64,000 bases of DNA from Armatimonadota bacterium (GCA_018268375.1 JAFDWS010000005.1:89474-153473), one strand, 5' to 3'; positions 28,127 to 37,747 are shown, counted from the first letter of the stretch. Numbers and translations are program-made. Notes: generated from the sequence alone by a model not told the origin.

Positions 28127-30357
28127 ACTGCCTCGAGCTTGGCCAGGCTTTGGACCATTTTCTTGACTCCGACAGCACCCGGAAAGGCGACCGTCACTTC
28201 AGCATCGTTCTTGAGGGGGCCGCAGGCGACGACTACACCGACCCCAAACTTACGGTGTTGGACCTTTTGACCGATTGTGAAGGGCGGGGTCCAAGCCGGC
28301 TTCGGCGCTGCTTCCCGTGGCTCGATTACGGCGTATTGGCCCGTTCGCGTCGGGGCGACTGAACGGATCGGCGACGTGTACGAGCGAGAGCCGAAGAGCG
28401 GTTCGGTCAGCTCCTCAGGGATGTCCTCTAAGAAGCGTGACCTTCGGTTGAACGACGGCTGGCCGTACAGGGCCCGGCGCGAAGCGTGGGTCAGGTGCAG
28501 CTCCTCTCTTGCCCGGGTCATCCCGACGTAGGCCAGACGCCTTTCTTCATCGAGTTCGGTGTCCGAGGCCAGGGCCCGAGAGTGAGGGAAGACCCCCTCT
28601 TCCATTCCGACGAGGAAGACGACCGGGTACTCCAAGCCCTTGCTCGAATGGAGGGTCATCAAAGTGACGGCCTCCCCGGATTCATTGAGCGAGTCGACAT
28701 CAGCAATAAGGGCCACGTTTTCGAGGAAGCCGCCGAGCGAGGGCTCGGGCGTCGACTCGTCGTATTCGGCGGTCACATTGACCAACTCCTGCAGGTTTTC
28801 CAGCCTTGACACGGACTCTTCATCTCCGTTTGCCCGAAGTTCGTCCAAGTAGCCGCTTCGGTCCAAGAGGTGTTTGAGGACGGGCGTAACGGGGCCGGCC
28901 GCGGCCAAGTGGGAACCGTCCTCCACGAGTCCGATCAAGGCTCGGACACCCGAAAGCGTCTTCTTGGTGAGCTCCTGCTGAAGCATCGGATCGGCGAAGG
29001 CTTGGTAGAGCGGCCTGGTCGTCCTCGAGGCGGCTTCCTCCATGGTTTTGAGGGTGCTGGCTCCGATTCCACGAGTGGGCACATTGACGATGCGGCGCAT
29101 GGACACGTCGTCTGAGGTATTGAGGACAAGACGCAGATAAGCGATCATGTCCTTGATCTCCTTGCGTTCGTAGAACCTCTGGCCTCCGACCAAGACATGG
29201 GGTATGCGCAGGGTCAGGAAAGCTTCTTCGAGCACGCGGCTTTGCGCGTTCGTCCTGTAAAGAACGGCGAATGATCCCCATGACCTCCGTCCCGAGCGGA
29301 CTTCTCTGAGAATGGCGTCGGCGACCTGCACGGCCTCGTCCTGCTCTGTGCCTGCCTCGCTCAAGGTTACGAGGGCGCCAGCGTCGTTCTCCGTCCAAAG
29401 CTTTTTGTCCGCCCTGCCGCGGTTGTGGCGGATCACGTTGTAGGCGGCATCGAGGATGCGCTTCGTCGAGCGGTAGTTCTGGGCGAGAGTGACGACTTTG
29501 GCGTCGGGGTGGTCGCTGCTGAACCGCATCATCAGGGAGACGTCCGCGCCGCGCCAGGCATAGATGGACTGGTCGTCGTCGCCCACGATGGTGATGTTGC
29601 GGTGCTTGTCCGAAATGATGTCGGCGAACTGGTATTGGGCGAAATTGACGTCCTGGTACTCGTCGATCAGCACGTGGAGGAAGCGGTCTTGGTACTTCTC
29701 TCGCACGGCCGGCGCCTGCTCGAGCATCCGCACCGCCTTCATGATGATGTCGTCGAAGTCGAGCGCGTTCGCTCGGGCGAGGGCCGCGTTGTACTCCATG
29801 TAAACGCTGGCGACAATGCCCTCAAAGTAGCCCGCCGCTTGTTGGGCATATTTCTCGGGCCCGATAAGCCGCTCCTTAGCCCGGCTGATTTCGTTGAGGA
29901 CGCCCCGGGGTTGGATGCTCTTGTCGTCCAGCCCCTTTTGCTTCAAGATCTCTTTGACGAGCCCGACCTGATCCCCATCGTCGTAAATGACAAAGTTGGA
30001 GTCGAGGCCGATGCTGCTGCCATCGATCCTGAGGAGCTTGGCGCATACCGAGTGGAATGTCCCCATCCAGAGGCTCCCGGCTTGTGGGCCAGCCATTTCC
30101 AGGATTCGTTCCTTCATTTCACGGGCGGCCTTGTTCGTGAATGTCACCGCAAGGATTCGGCTGGGCGGAACGCCTTCGGCGATGAGCCTGGCGATCCGAC
30201 ACGTGATGACCCTCGTCTTGCCCGAGCCCGCGCCAGCGAACACCATGAGTGGCCCGGTTGGGTGCGAGACCGCCTCGAGCTGCTCAGGATTGAGCGTCGT
30301 CGAGTCGAACGGGGCGGTCATGGGTAGACGTGAGGATACCCTTTTGTACTTGCCCAT
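28123..30357 (-). CDS. pcrA: ATP-dependent DNA helicase PcrA/UvrD
   Basis: 744 aa. SF1 motifs: AGAGSGKT (Walker A), DEYQD, TLHSSKGLE, YVGMTRA. C-terminal Tudor-like tail FKVGQKVQHRKFGVGVV. Confidence 0.95.
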   Translation of the reverse strand: MGKYKRVSSRLPMTAPFDSTTLNPEQLEAVSHPTGPLMVFAGAGSGKTRVITCRIARLIAEGVPPSRILAVTFTNKAAREMKERILEMAGPQAGSLWMGTFHSVCAKLLRIDGSSIGLDSNFVIYDDGDQVGLVKEILKQKGLDDKSIQPRGVLNEISRAKERLIGPEKYAQQAAGYFEGIVASVYMEYNAALARANALDFDDIIMKAVRMLEQAPAVREKYQDRFLHVLIDEYQDVNFAQYQFADIISDKHRNITIVGDDDQSIYAWRGADVSLMMRFSSDHPDAKVVTLAQNYRSTKRILDAAYNVIRHNRGRADKKLWTENDAGALVTLSEAGTEQDEAVQVADAILREVRSGRRSWGSFAVLYRTNAQSRVLEEAFLTLRIPHVLVGGQRFYERKEIKDMIAYLRLVLNTSDDVSMRRIVNVPTRGIGASTLKTMEEAASRTTRPLYQAFADPMLQQELTKKTLSGVRALIGLVEDGSHLAAAGPVTPVLKHLLDRSGYLDELRANGDEESVSRLENLQELVNVTAEYDESTPEPSLGGFLENVALIADVDSLNESGEAVTLMTLHSSKGLEYPVVFLVGMEEGVFPHSRALASDTELDEERRLAYVGMTRAREELHLTHASRRALYGQPSFNRRSRFLEDIPEELTEPLFGSRSYTSPIRSVAPTRTGQYAVIEPREAAPKPAWTPPFTIGQKVQHRKFGVGVVVACGPLKNDAEVTVAFPGAVGVKKMVQSLAKLEAV

Positions 30358-30488
30358 GGCGCGGTCGGACTTTCGTCGGGAGTCGCAAATTAGACCCGCG
30401 CTGGTGTAACATAGCTCTTACGCCGAGCGTCTCTCCGTACGACAATGAGAAGAAGACGCGCCCCGGCATGCCGGGGCCGGAGCGAAGC

Positions 30489-32078
30489 ATGAATAGGATT
30501 ATCGTTCTAGCCTTAGCCGCCTTGGTGACGACGACCGCCGCCATGGCACAAGGGACGTTCACCATCCGCCGACCAGTCGACGGCTCGACCGTCCGCGAGG
30601 TCGCGAGCATCCGCATTCCGAAGAACAGCATTCCGGACGGCGGTTACATCGGAGTCTATGTCAACGGCCAGTTCGTCGAAGCGACCTTGCCGGACATTGA
30701 TGGAGACGACTACGTCTACAAGCTGGACACGCAGGCCCGCAAGTTGGAAGACGGCCCTGCGAAGATCGAGGTCGTCTTGTTCGTGGACGCTAACGGCAAG
30801 CCTCAGGTGGTCAACCGCTCGTCCGTGAACGTGAAGGTCGACAACAAGACTTCGATCAAGATTCCCGAAGAGGGGCTTAAGCTTCGCTACAGATTCACGC
30901 CGGGCGTGCAGCGTGTCTACCAGTTCAGCATGAACCAAGAGGTCGGCACCATCAGCCAAGCGCAAGCTCAGCTTGGTGGCCGGGCGCCAACCGTGTCCAC
31001 GGAGGGCATGAAGCTCCGCATCCTCTACGCTACTGACAACGCTTACACCGTGAACGGCGAGCGTCAGGGCCTCCTGCGCATTCAAGGCCTTCCCGACAAG
31101 GGCAAGGACTATGCGATGATCATTCCGCCGGGCGAGACCGCGGCAAAGAAGGTCACTCAGAACGAGCTTTCTCCGCTCTTCATGCGCATTACCGACGTTG
31201 GCCGTGAAGTCTTCAGCAGCCTGCCGATCTACTTCGGCATGGACTTGAAGAACGGCGCGCCGCCCCAGGTCGATTACTTCCCGATCCTGCCATTGCCGGT
31301 CCTTCCGACCAAGGCTGTGAAGCCGGGCGACGTTTGGAACGCCGCTTACCTGTTCGGCAAGATTGACTCGGACAAGCCGTTCGAGCAGAGCAGTTTCGTC
31401 CAATCGGCTCCGGCGCGAGGTGAGTTCGAAGGCGTGACTTGGTACAAAGGTATGCCATGCGCGATCATCCACAGCACGATCGCTGCTGGCCCCGAGATCC
31501 TCAAGAACGTCAAGAACCTGAACAAGATCAAGGGCGATGCGGCAAACATCAAGCTTGAGAACAAACTGTGGTTCGCAATCGATCGCGGCGCGGTCGTCCG
31601 CATGGAAGTCTCCATGACGCAGGAGTCACTCGTCGAGGTCGGCGGCTCCGGCGCTGGCGCCGGTTCTCCGGGTGGAAACACTGGCGGCACAGGTGGCTCG
31701 AGCGGCGGAGGAAAGCGAATGGGCCTCGGCACGGGTGACGACGGCGGCGGCCCAAGCGTAGGCGGCGGCATGATCACCGATCCCGTTGGCAAGATGTTTG
31801 ATTTCAGGCCGAACGTCGATGAGAACGGCAACATGACGTTGTTCCAGGTCGGCAGAGGCCGAGGCCAGAGAGGTGGCGGTGGCCGCGCCGGTGGGCCCGG
31901 AGCAGGCGGCATCGGCGGCGAGCCAGGCGGCGGCGAGCAGGGCTCGCGCGGTGCCCAGAACCCCGGCGGCAACCAGCCCGGTGGCCGGTTTGGACAGCGA
32001 GGCTCTGGTGGCGCCAGTGGCCCACGGAAGATGGTGATGCGAGTCCGATTGTCCTACGTCGCGGAACTCGAGCAGTAA
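30489..32078 (+). CDS. secreted hypothetical protein with ~130-aa Gly/Arg-rich low-complexity insert near the C-terminus
   Basis: ORF 30330..32078. ATG 30489 after GGAG gives signal MNRIIVLALAALVTTTAAMAQ. Globular about 380 aa, then GGSGAGAGSPGGNTGGTGGSSGGG...GRGRGQRGGGGRAGGPGAGG...GGRFGQRGSGG, then a final strand MVMRVRLSYVAELEQ. Confidence 0.75.
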   Translation: MNRIIVLALAALVTTTAAMAQGTFTIRRPVDGSTVREVASIRIPKNSIPDGGYIGVYVNGQFVEATLPDIDGDDYVYKLDTQARKLEDGPAKIEVVLFVDANGKPQVVNRSSVNVKVDNKTSIKIPEEGLKLRYRFTPGVQRVYQFSMNQEVGTISQAQAQLGGRAPTVSTEGMKLRILYATDNAYTVNGERQGLLRIQGLPDKGKDYAMIIPPGETAAKKVTQNELSPLFMRITDVGREVFSSLPIYFGMDLKNGAPPQVDYFPILPLPVLPTKAVKPGDVWNAAYLFGKIDSDKPFEQSSFVQSAPARGEFEGVTWYKGMPCAIIHSTIAAGPEILKNVKNLNKIKGDAANIKLENKLWFAIDRGAVVRMEVSMTQESLVEVGGSGAGAGSPGGNTGGTGGSSGGGKRMGLGTGDDGGGPSVGGGMITDPVGKMFDFRPNVDENGNMTLFQVGRGRGQRGGGGRAGGPGAGGIGGEPGGGEQGSRGAQNPGGNQPGGRFGQRGSGGASGPRKMVMRVRLSYVAELEQ

Positions 32079-32091
32079 CCTGTAAGGGCGC

Positions 32092-32904
32092 ATGGCCCTC
32101 GCCCGCACACCCAATCGCAGAAACTCCTCAGAAGACCCTGAGGAGTTTCGTGCCACGTTAGGTGAACACCTCGACGAACTCAGAAGCCGCATCCTCCGTG
32201 TTGCAGGTTTCTTTGTTGTGGCGTCGACAGCTGGGTGGTTCGTCGCGATCCCCGTCTACGACATCCTCCAAGGAATTGCCTACAAGTCGATCCCCAAGTG
32301 GTTGAACTACCAAGAGGTGTTCCGAACCTTCACCGATCCCTTCATGCTGCAGTTGCGCATGGCCATTACTCTTGGCATCGCGGTCTCCTTGCCATTTGCA
32401 GTGTATGAGGTCTGGGGCTTCGTAAAGCCTGGTTTGAAGTCAAACGAACGCAAACCGGTCGTGGCCTTGCTCCCGGTGAGCTGCCTTTTGTTCCTCTTGG
32501 GATGCTGGGTGGGTTGGGTGATGGTGCCCCCGACCATCATCTGGTTTTGCTCGTTCTTCAACTCGTTCAAGGGTTCCGTGCTCTACCAAGAGCCGGGGAC
32601 GATGGTCTTCCTGCTGATCAAGCTCGTCGTCGCTTTCGGAATCGGTTTCCAATTGCCCATTGTCACCTTCGCTCTGACTAAGATCGGCGTGATCAGCAGT
32701 TCCGGACTCTTCCGGTCCTGGCGTCACGCGACGGTCGCGATCTTCGTCCTTTCGATGATCCTTACGCCCTCCGGCGATCCGTTTACGATGCTGGCGATGG
32801 CAGTTCCCTTGACCATCCTCTTCTTTGGATCGGTCTTGGCAGTAAAACTGACGACGAAGAGCGACCGGGACGATGAAGACCACGCCCTGAACAACCTGGA
32901 CTGA
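32092..32904 (+). CDS. tatC: twin-arginine translocase subunit TatC
   Basis: 270 aa, six TM segments. N-terminal HLDELRSRI and FTDPF motifs typical of TatC. Confidence 0.94.
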   Translation: MALARTPNRRNSSEDPEEFRATLGEHLDELRSRILRVAGFFVVASTAGWFVAIPVYDILQGIAYKSIPKWLNYQEVFRTFTDPFMLQLRMAITLGIAVSLPFAVYEVWGFVKPGLKSNERKPVVALLPVSCLLFLLGCWVGWVMVPPTIIWFCSFFNSFKGSVLYQEPGTMVFLLIKLVVAFGIGFQLPIVTFALTKIGVISSSGLFRSWRHATVAIFVLSMILTPSGDPFTMLAMAVPLTILFFGSVLAVKLTTKSDRDDEDHALNNLD

Positions 32905-32905
32905 C

Positions 32906-35095
32906 ATGGGACCGACCGAGGTCGTCAACAGCATCCTTGGGTCTCGTCCGCTCCATGTCGAAGTGCTGGAGCCTTCTCCTGCCCGATTTGCAGAGACACA
33001 AGCGCCGCTCCACCACCGGTTGGCCGAAAAGCTGGAGTCCTTTGGTGTGCCGTCGCTCTACGAGCACCAGGCGCGGGCCTTTGACCTTGCCAGGAATGGA
33101 AAGGACGTCATGGTCGTCACTGGCACGAGCAGCGGCAAGTCTCTCTGCTACAACCTGCCGGTGATCGACACGTGCCTTCGGGAACCGGTGGCCAAGGCCC
33201 TCTATCTGTTTCCGACCAAGGCTCTTGCGCAAGACCAAGAGGGCAAACTCCGTGCCCTTCTTCCGGACGGAATCCGCTGCGGCACCTACGATGGCGACAC
33301 GCCTTCGGCTTCGCGGTCTGCCGTGCGCAAAAGCGCCCACCTCGTCCTGACAAATCCGGACATGTTGCACGTCGGCATTCTGCCTTCCCATGAAAACTGG
33401 CGCACGTTTCTTCGCTCTCTGAAGACGATCGTGTTGGACGAAGCCCATGTCTATAAGGGGGCTTTCGGATCTCACGTCGCCTGGGTCATACAACGCCTGC
33501 TCAGAATCTGCGCTTGGCACGGCTGTCGGCCACAAGTTATCGCCTGCAGCGCGACGGTAGCCAACCCAGCCGAAGTCTTCGAGAAACTGACCGGACGGTC
33601 ACCCGAGTTGGTGGAGGACGACGCAGGCCCCAAGAGCCGAAGGACGATCGTCTTGGTCGAGCCGCCGGACGCTGATGAGGGGTTCAGTCCCAACAAGGAG
33701 ACAGCCGGCCTGCTCGCCGAGTTCGCCATGAACGGCGTCAGGTGCATGGCCTTCTGTAGGGCGCGGTCGACGACCGAGCTTGTGGTGATGGCGGCCCGTC
33801 GTTCACTGGAGAAAATGGGCGGCGATCCCGATTGGGTGGATTCCTATCGTGGTGGCTATACGCCCAAGGAGCGGCGGCAAATCGAACAACGGTTGTTCAA
33901 GGGTCAGCTGCGGGGGCTCGCCACGACCAACGCGATGGAGCTCGGTGTCGACGTCGGCAGCCTCGATGCAACCGTGCTCAACGGATTTCCGGGAAGCGTC
34001 AGTTCCTTTTGGCAACAGACGGGGAGGGCAGGACGGGGACAGCGCGACGGCCTCTCGCTGATGATCGCCCACGACGAGCCGCTTGAACGATTCCTGGTCA
34101 GGGAGCCAGAACTCCTGCTTGGAAAAGCGGTCGAGTCCGTGTCCCTCGATCCCTTGAACAGGCAGATCTCCGAAGCCCAGTTGCGGTGCGCTGCATACGA
34201 GCGTCCGATCGGTCCGGAAGAGTATGCGCTCCTGCCTGGTTCTGCTGAAGAAACTGGGCACGCGCTCGTGGCGAGCGGAGACCTGGCGGACAGTGCGGGG
34301 AGGCTCTTCTACCCCTCACACGAAAGCCCAGCAAAGAACGTCAACATCCGCGGGACGGGGGGAGAAAGAATATTACTTGTCGCCGGGGGGCAACCAATTG
34401 GTGAAATGGAGCGATGGCGTGCACTCCGGCAGGCGCACGCTGGTGCCGTCTACCTGCACCGGGGGCAGTCGTACTTGGTCGAGGAACTCGACCTCGACCG
34501 CCGCATGGCGTTGATGGCCCTCGCGGAGCCAGCCTATTACACCGAGGCGGTCGTCAACTCCTTGGTCGAGGTGAGCGTGCCCCTGGAAACCGACGGAAAC
34601 TTCCTGCTTGCGGGGGTGAGGGTCACAACGACCGTCTCCGGTTTCGTGTCCCGTCAATTCGACCGTGGGGCAGTGATCGCCGAGAGCTCCTTAGAGTCGC
34701 CGGTCGAGACGTTCGACACCGTTGGAGTCCGGATCGAACTGCCAGATTTGACTGTCGAAGACGCCAGGGTCATCCATGCCGTCCAGCATGCCTTGACCTT
34801 CGTCGCGCCGCTGACGGCCGGCTGTGACCGCAACGACCTGGGTAGCTGCTGGTACGTCATGAGCCCGGAGGCGATGAAACCGTCAGTTGTCGTCTACGAC
34901 ACGGCCCCCGGGGGCCTTGGATACGCTGAGTCTCTCTTTCGGAGGAGGAACGTCTGGTGGGAGCAGGCGGGCGATCTGTTGTCATCGTGCCCGTGCTTGG
35001 AAGGCTGCCCCGCGTGCCTCCTCAGCCCGCTTTGCGAGAGTTGGAACGAGGGACTCGACAAGCAGGGTGCCCTTAAGTTGCTCCGTGGCACATAA
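32906..35095 (+). CDS. DEAD/DEAH-box helicase with C-terminal DUF1998 zinc domain (YprA/MrfA-like)
   Basis: Motif I TGTSSGKS, motif II LDEAH, motif VI QQTGRAGRG. C-terminal four-Cys cluster CPCLEGCPACLLSPLC, characteristic of DUF1998. Confidence 0.9.
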   Translation: MGPTEVVNSILGSRPLHVEVLEPSPARFAETQAPLHHRLAEKLESFGVPSLYEHQARAFDLARNGKDVMVVTGTSSGKSLCYNLPVIDTCLREPVAKALYLFPTKALAQDQEGKLRALLPDGIRCGTYDGDTPSASRSAVRKSAHLVLTNPDMLHVGILPSHENWRTFLRSLKTIVLDEAHVYKGAFGSHVAWVIQRLLRICAWHGCRPQVIACSATVANPAEVFEKLTGRSPELVEDDAGPKSRRTIVLVEPPDADEGFSPNKETAGLLAEFAMNGVRCMAFCRARSTTELVVMAARRSLEKMGGDPDWVDSYRGGYTPKERRQIEQRLFKGQLRGLATTNAMELGVDVGSLDATVLNGFPGSVSSFWQQTGRAGRGQRDGLSLMIAHDEPLERFLVREPELLLGKAVESVSLDPLNRQISEAQLRCAAYERPIGPEEYALLPGSAEETGHALVASGDLADSAGRLFYPSHESPAKNVNIRGTGGERILLVAGGQPIGEMERWRALRQAHAGAVYLHRGQSYLVEELDLDRRMALMALAEPAYYTEAVVNSLVEVSVPLETDGNFLLAGVRVTTTVSGFVSRQFDRGAVIAESSLESPVETFDTVGVRIELPDLTVEDARVIHAVQHALTFVAPLTAGCDRNDLGSCWYVMSPEAMKPSVVVYDTAPGGLGYAESLFRRRNVWWEQAGDLLSSCPCLEGCPACLLSPLCESWNEGLDKQGALKLLRGT

Positions 35096-35102
35096 TGCCA
35101 GC

Positions 35103-35777
35103 ATGAATGCCGAATACTTCGTCACCAAGCCCAACGGTGAACGCACTGGACCTTTTGACGAAGACGCCATGGCGACCATGGTCAAGTCCGGCGCGGTGGC
35201 CCCTGAAGACCGTATTGAAGACGGACAAGGAGGCACCTACGAGCGCTCCGTCTTCGTTCCCGCCGGAACCAATTTGCCGGTTAAGAAGCTCAGCCCATGG
35301 GTGTGGGTGGCCATCGGTGCGGCAGCGCTCTGCCTGCCTTGCGGCGCCGTGCTGGCCGCCGTTCTCTTTCCCGTGTTCGCCCAGGCACGGGTGGCGGCTA
35401 AACAGAGTTCCACTCTGAACGAACTGACCTACGTTGGGATCGCCGTCCAGAGCTACACAGTCGACCACGACGACAAGTTTCCGCCCGCCATGGCAACGCT
35501 CGACGAGGCTTGGCCCAGTATCGGCGGTTATGCGAAGAGTCCGATGCCCCAATCGTACAACGACGCGAGCCCGAAGTTCCTCGGCAACCAGGAACTTTCA
35601 GCGAAGGCGATAAAGGAGATCCAAGACCCTCGCCGCACGTACATGTTCTTCGACGCTGCCCCTTGGATGACCGGGTCACGGTGCGTTGTCTTCGCAGACA
35701 GCCATGCGAGCCGCGTCACCGAGGTGCGCATCAACACGAGCATAGCCAACCATCTGGTTGATACCGAGGAGCCCTGA
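35103..35777 (+). CDS. GYF_2-like domain / TM helix / pseudopilin-like (DUF1559-type) domain protein lacking a prepilin leader
   Basis: ORF 34887..35777; ATG 35103. N-terminus YFVTKPNGERTGPFDEDAMATMVKSGAVAPEDRI (GYF_2-like). TM WVWVAIGAAALCLPCGAVLAAVLFPVFAQARVAAKQSS resembles a pilin alpha-1 helix. Then LNELTYVGIAVQSYTVDHDDKFPP and C-terminal CVVFADSHASRV. Confidence 0.7.
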   Translation: MNAEYFVTKPNGERTGPFDEDAMATMVKSGAVAPEDRIEDGQGGTYERSVFVPAGTNLPVKKLSPWVWVAIGAAALCLPCGAVLAAVLFPVFAQARVAAKQSSTLNELTYVGIAVQSYTVDHDDKFPPAMATLDEAWPSIGGYAKSPMPQSYNDASPKFLGNQELSAKAIKEIQDPRRTYMFFDAAPWMTGSRCVVFADSHASRVTEVRINTSIANHLVDTEEP

Positions 35778-35781
35778 GCCG

Positions 35782-36630
35782 TCAGTCGAGATTCTTCTTA
35801 AGGAAGCTGATCGCTTGCGACCAGGCTTCCTCCGCGTCCTTGCTGTTATAGGATTTTGACGACGGATTGGCAAACGCGTGGTCAGCGTTGAACTCAGAGG
35901 TCTCAAGCGACTTTCCGGCCGTCGCCATCGCCGACTTGAAACCGTCGACAACCTTCTTGTTGATCCAGCCGTCCTTGTTCCCCCAGACCATGAAAACTGG
36001 CGCTTTCAGCCGCTCGAGCTCGCCGGGTGCGGTGGTCGGCAGTCCGTAGAAAATCACGCACGCCTTGACGTTGTCGCCGCCCATGATGGCGGCTTTGTGC
36101 GACCAGCCGCCGCCAAAGCAAAATCCGATCGTCCCTAGCGCGCCCGACTTGGCCACGGTGCCGTCCTTAAGCGCCCTGAGGGCTGCGTTGACCGTGGCCG
36201 AAGCCTTCTTGTTGTCCACCGCCGCCATGTACTTGCCAGCGTCGGTGGGATCCTTGGCGACCTTCCCCTCATAGAGGTCGATGGCAAGGACGCCGTAGCC
36301 GGTCTTGTCCCGCAACATGTCGGCAAAGTCACGGACGTTGTCGTTCAGCCCCCACCATTCATGGATCATGAGCACAGCCTGGTCGTGCCCGTCCTTTGGC
36401 GCGTCCCAGTAAGCCTTCGCCTTCGACTCGCCCGCGGCGATCTCGATCTCCTTACCCTTGTGCTCCTGCCCACTGGAATCGCGGAGCGTGTGCGCGGCAT
36501 GGAACTTCGGGTCGTTCGCGTACTGCTCCATGCCGTGTTCTTGGGCGACAGGCACAGCGGACTGGGGTTGACATCCAGCCAAGACCAGCACGGGTACCAG
36601 GGTCATCAGGGAGGGTCTTCTTAGGTTCAC
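35782..36630 (-). CDS. dienelactone hydrolase family lipoprotein
   Basis: Lipobox LVLAGC. MIHEWWGLND, nucleophile region GTIGFCFGG and C-terminal ADHAFANP are typical of the DLH family. Confidence 0.87.
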   Translation of the reverse strand: MNLRRPSLMTLVPVLVLAGCQPQSAVPVAQEHGMEQYANDPKFHAAHTLRDSSGQEHKGKEIEIAAGESKAKAYWDAPKDGHDQAVLMIHEWWGLNDNVRDFADMLRDKTGYGVLAIDLYEGKVAKDPTDAGKYMAAVDNKKASATVNAALRALKDGTVAKSGALGTIGFCFGGGWSHKAAIMGGDNVKACVIFYGLPTTAPGELERLKAPVFMVWGNKDGWINKKVVDGFKSAMATAGKSLETSEFNADHAFANPSSKSYNSKDAEEAWSQAISFLKKNLD

Positions 36631-36651
36631 AAAGGTATTCTACGACCTCCC

Positions 36652-37680
36652 ATGATCATCGTGATGCAGTTCGGCGCACCGCAGGAGCAAATTGACTCCG
36701 TCTGCGCGGTGATCAAGGAGCGAGGGTTCGAACCCCTTGTGATGCCTGGTGAGGATCGGATGGCCATTGGCGTTCCCGCCTCGTTGAGCCCGGACGATCG
36801 GATCTTCCTTGAAGCGGCGATTGGGTCGCTCGAAGGCGTCAGCAAGGTCACGCAGACATCGAGCCCTTACAAACTGGCCAGCATTGAGTTTCACCGGTCG
36901 AGGACGAGCGTCCAAGCCAAGAGCGCGACGGTGGGCCCTGGTTCTTTCAGCGTGATGGCGGGTCCGTGCTCGGTCGAGTCTTACGACCAATTCAAGAAGG
37001 CGGCAGAGGTCGTCAAAAAATCCGGTGCATCAATTCTTCGAGGCGGCGCCTTCAAGCCGCGGACGTCTCCTTATTCGTTCCAGGGGCTGCAAGAAGAAGG
37101 GCTCAAGATCATCAAGCAGGTCGGTGACGAAATGGGCCTGGCGACGGTCAGTGAAGTCATGAGCGCCGACATGGTCACCCTTGTAGGTGAATATGTTGAC
37201 ATTCTCCAGATCGGCGCGCGCTCGATGCAGAACTTTCCCCTTCTGATCGAGGCGGGCAAGAGCGGGAAGCCTGTGTTCTTGAAACGGGGCCCGAGTGCGA
37301 CCATCGACGAGTTCCTGCTCGCTGCGGAGTATGTGCTCTCCCAGGGCAATCCGAACGTCATCCTTTGCGAGCGCGGTGTCATGCCCCTCGACCGGTCGTA
37401 CACGCGCAACACGCTGGATCTTGCCGCAGTCCCTGTTCTGAAGGAACATTCGCACCTTCCCGTCATCGTCGACCCCTCTCACGGCACTGGCGTCGCCCGG
37501 TACGTCGTTCCGATGGCCAAGGCGGCCATGGTAGCGGGCGCCGACGGCGTCATGGTGGAAATGCACCCTGACCCCAAGCACGCCCTTAGCGACGGTTCCC
37601 AGGCGTTGGACGTGAGTGGCTTCGAGCGTCTCATGTCTGATTTGAAGGCGCTCGCTCCTGCCGCGGGAACAAGGCTTTAA
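36652..37680 (+). CDS. aroF: 3-deoxy-7-phosphoheptulonate (DAHP) synthase, type I-beta with N-terminal ferredoxin-like regulatory domain
   Basis: MAGPCSVES, LRGGAFKPRTSPYSFQGL, KRG, CERG and DPSH motifs. About 70 aa of extra N-terminal domain, as in Thermotoga-type enzymes. Confidence 0.92.
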   Translation: MIIVMQFGAPQEQIDSVCAVIKERGFEPLVMPGEDRMAIGVPASLSPDDRIFLEAAIGSLEGVSKVTQTSSPYKLASIEFHRSRTSVQAKSATVGPGSFSVMAGPCSVESYDQFKKAAEVVKKSGASILRGGAFKPRTSPYSFQGLQEEGLKIIKQVGDEMGLATVSEVMSADMVTLVGEYVDILQIGARSMQNFPLLIEAGKSGKPVFLKRGPSATIDEFLLAAEYVLSQGNPNVILCERGVMPLDRSYTRNTLDLAAVPVLKEHSHLPVIVDPSHGTGVARYVVPMAKAAMVAGADGVMVEMHPDPKHALSDGSQALDVSGFERLMSDLKALAPAAGTRL

Positions 37681-37747
37681 CCGCTCCTGAGAACCCTCTA
37701 AGCAACTCCTTAGCCTTCCTCATCGTTTATGCTGGCAAAGGGTTCTC

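Noticed and set aside
37689-37747. 9-nt inverted repeat GAGAACCCT / AGGGTTCTC spanning the aroF-DUF1003 intergenic region, with an inner CTAAG/CTTAG stem
   Set aside because: It could be an aroF terminator or a 5'-UTR structure. The arms are short and 41 nt apart with no T-tract, which is too weak to call.
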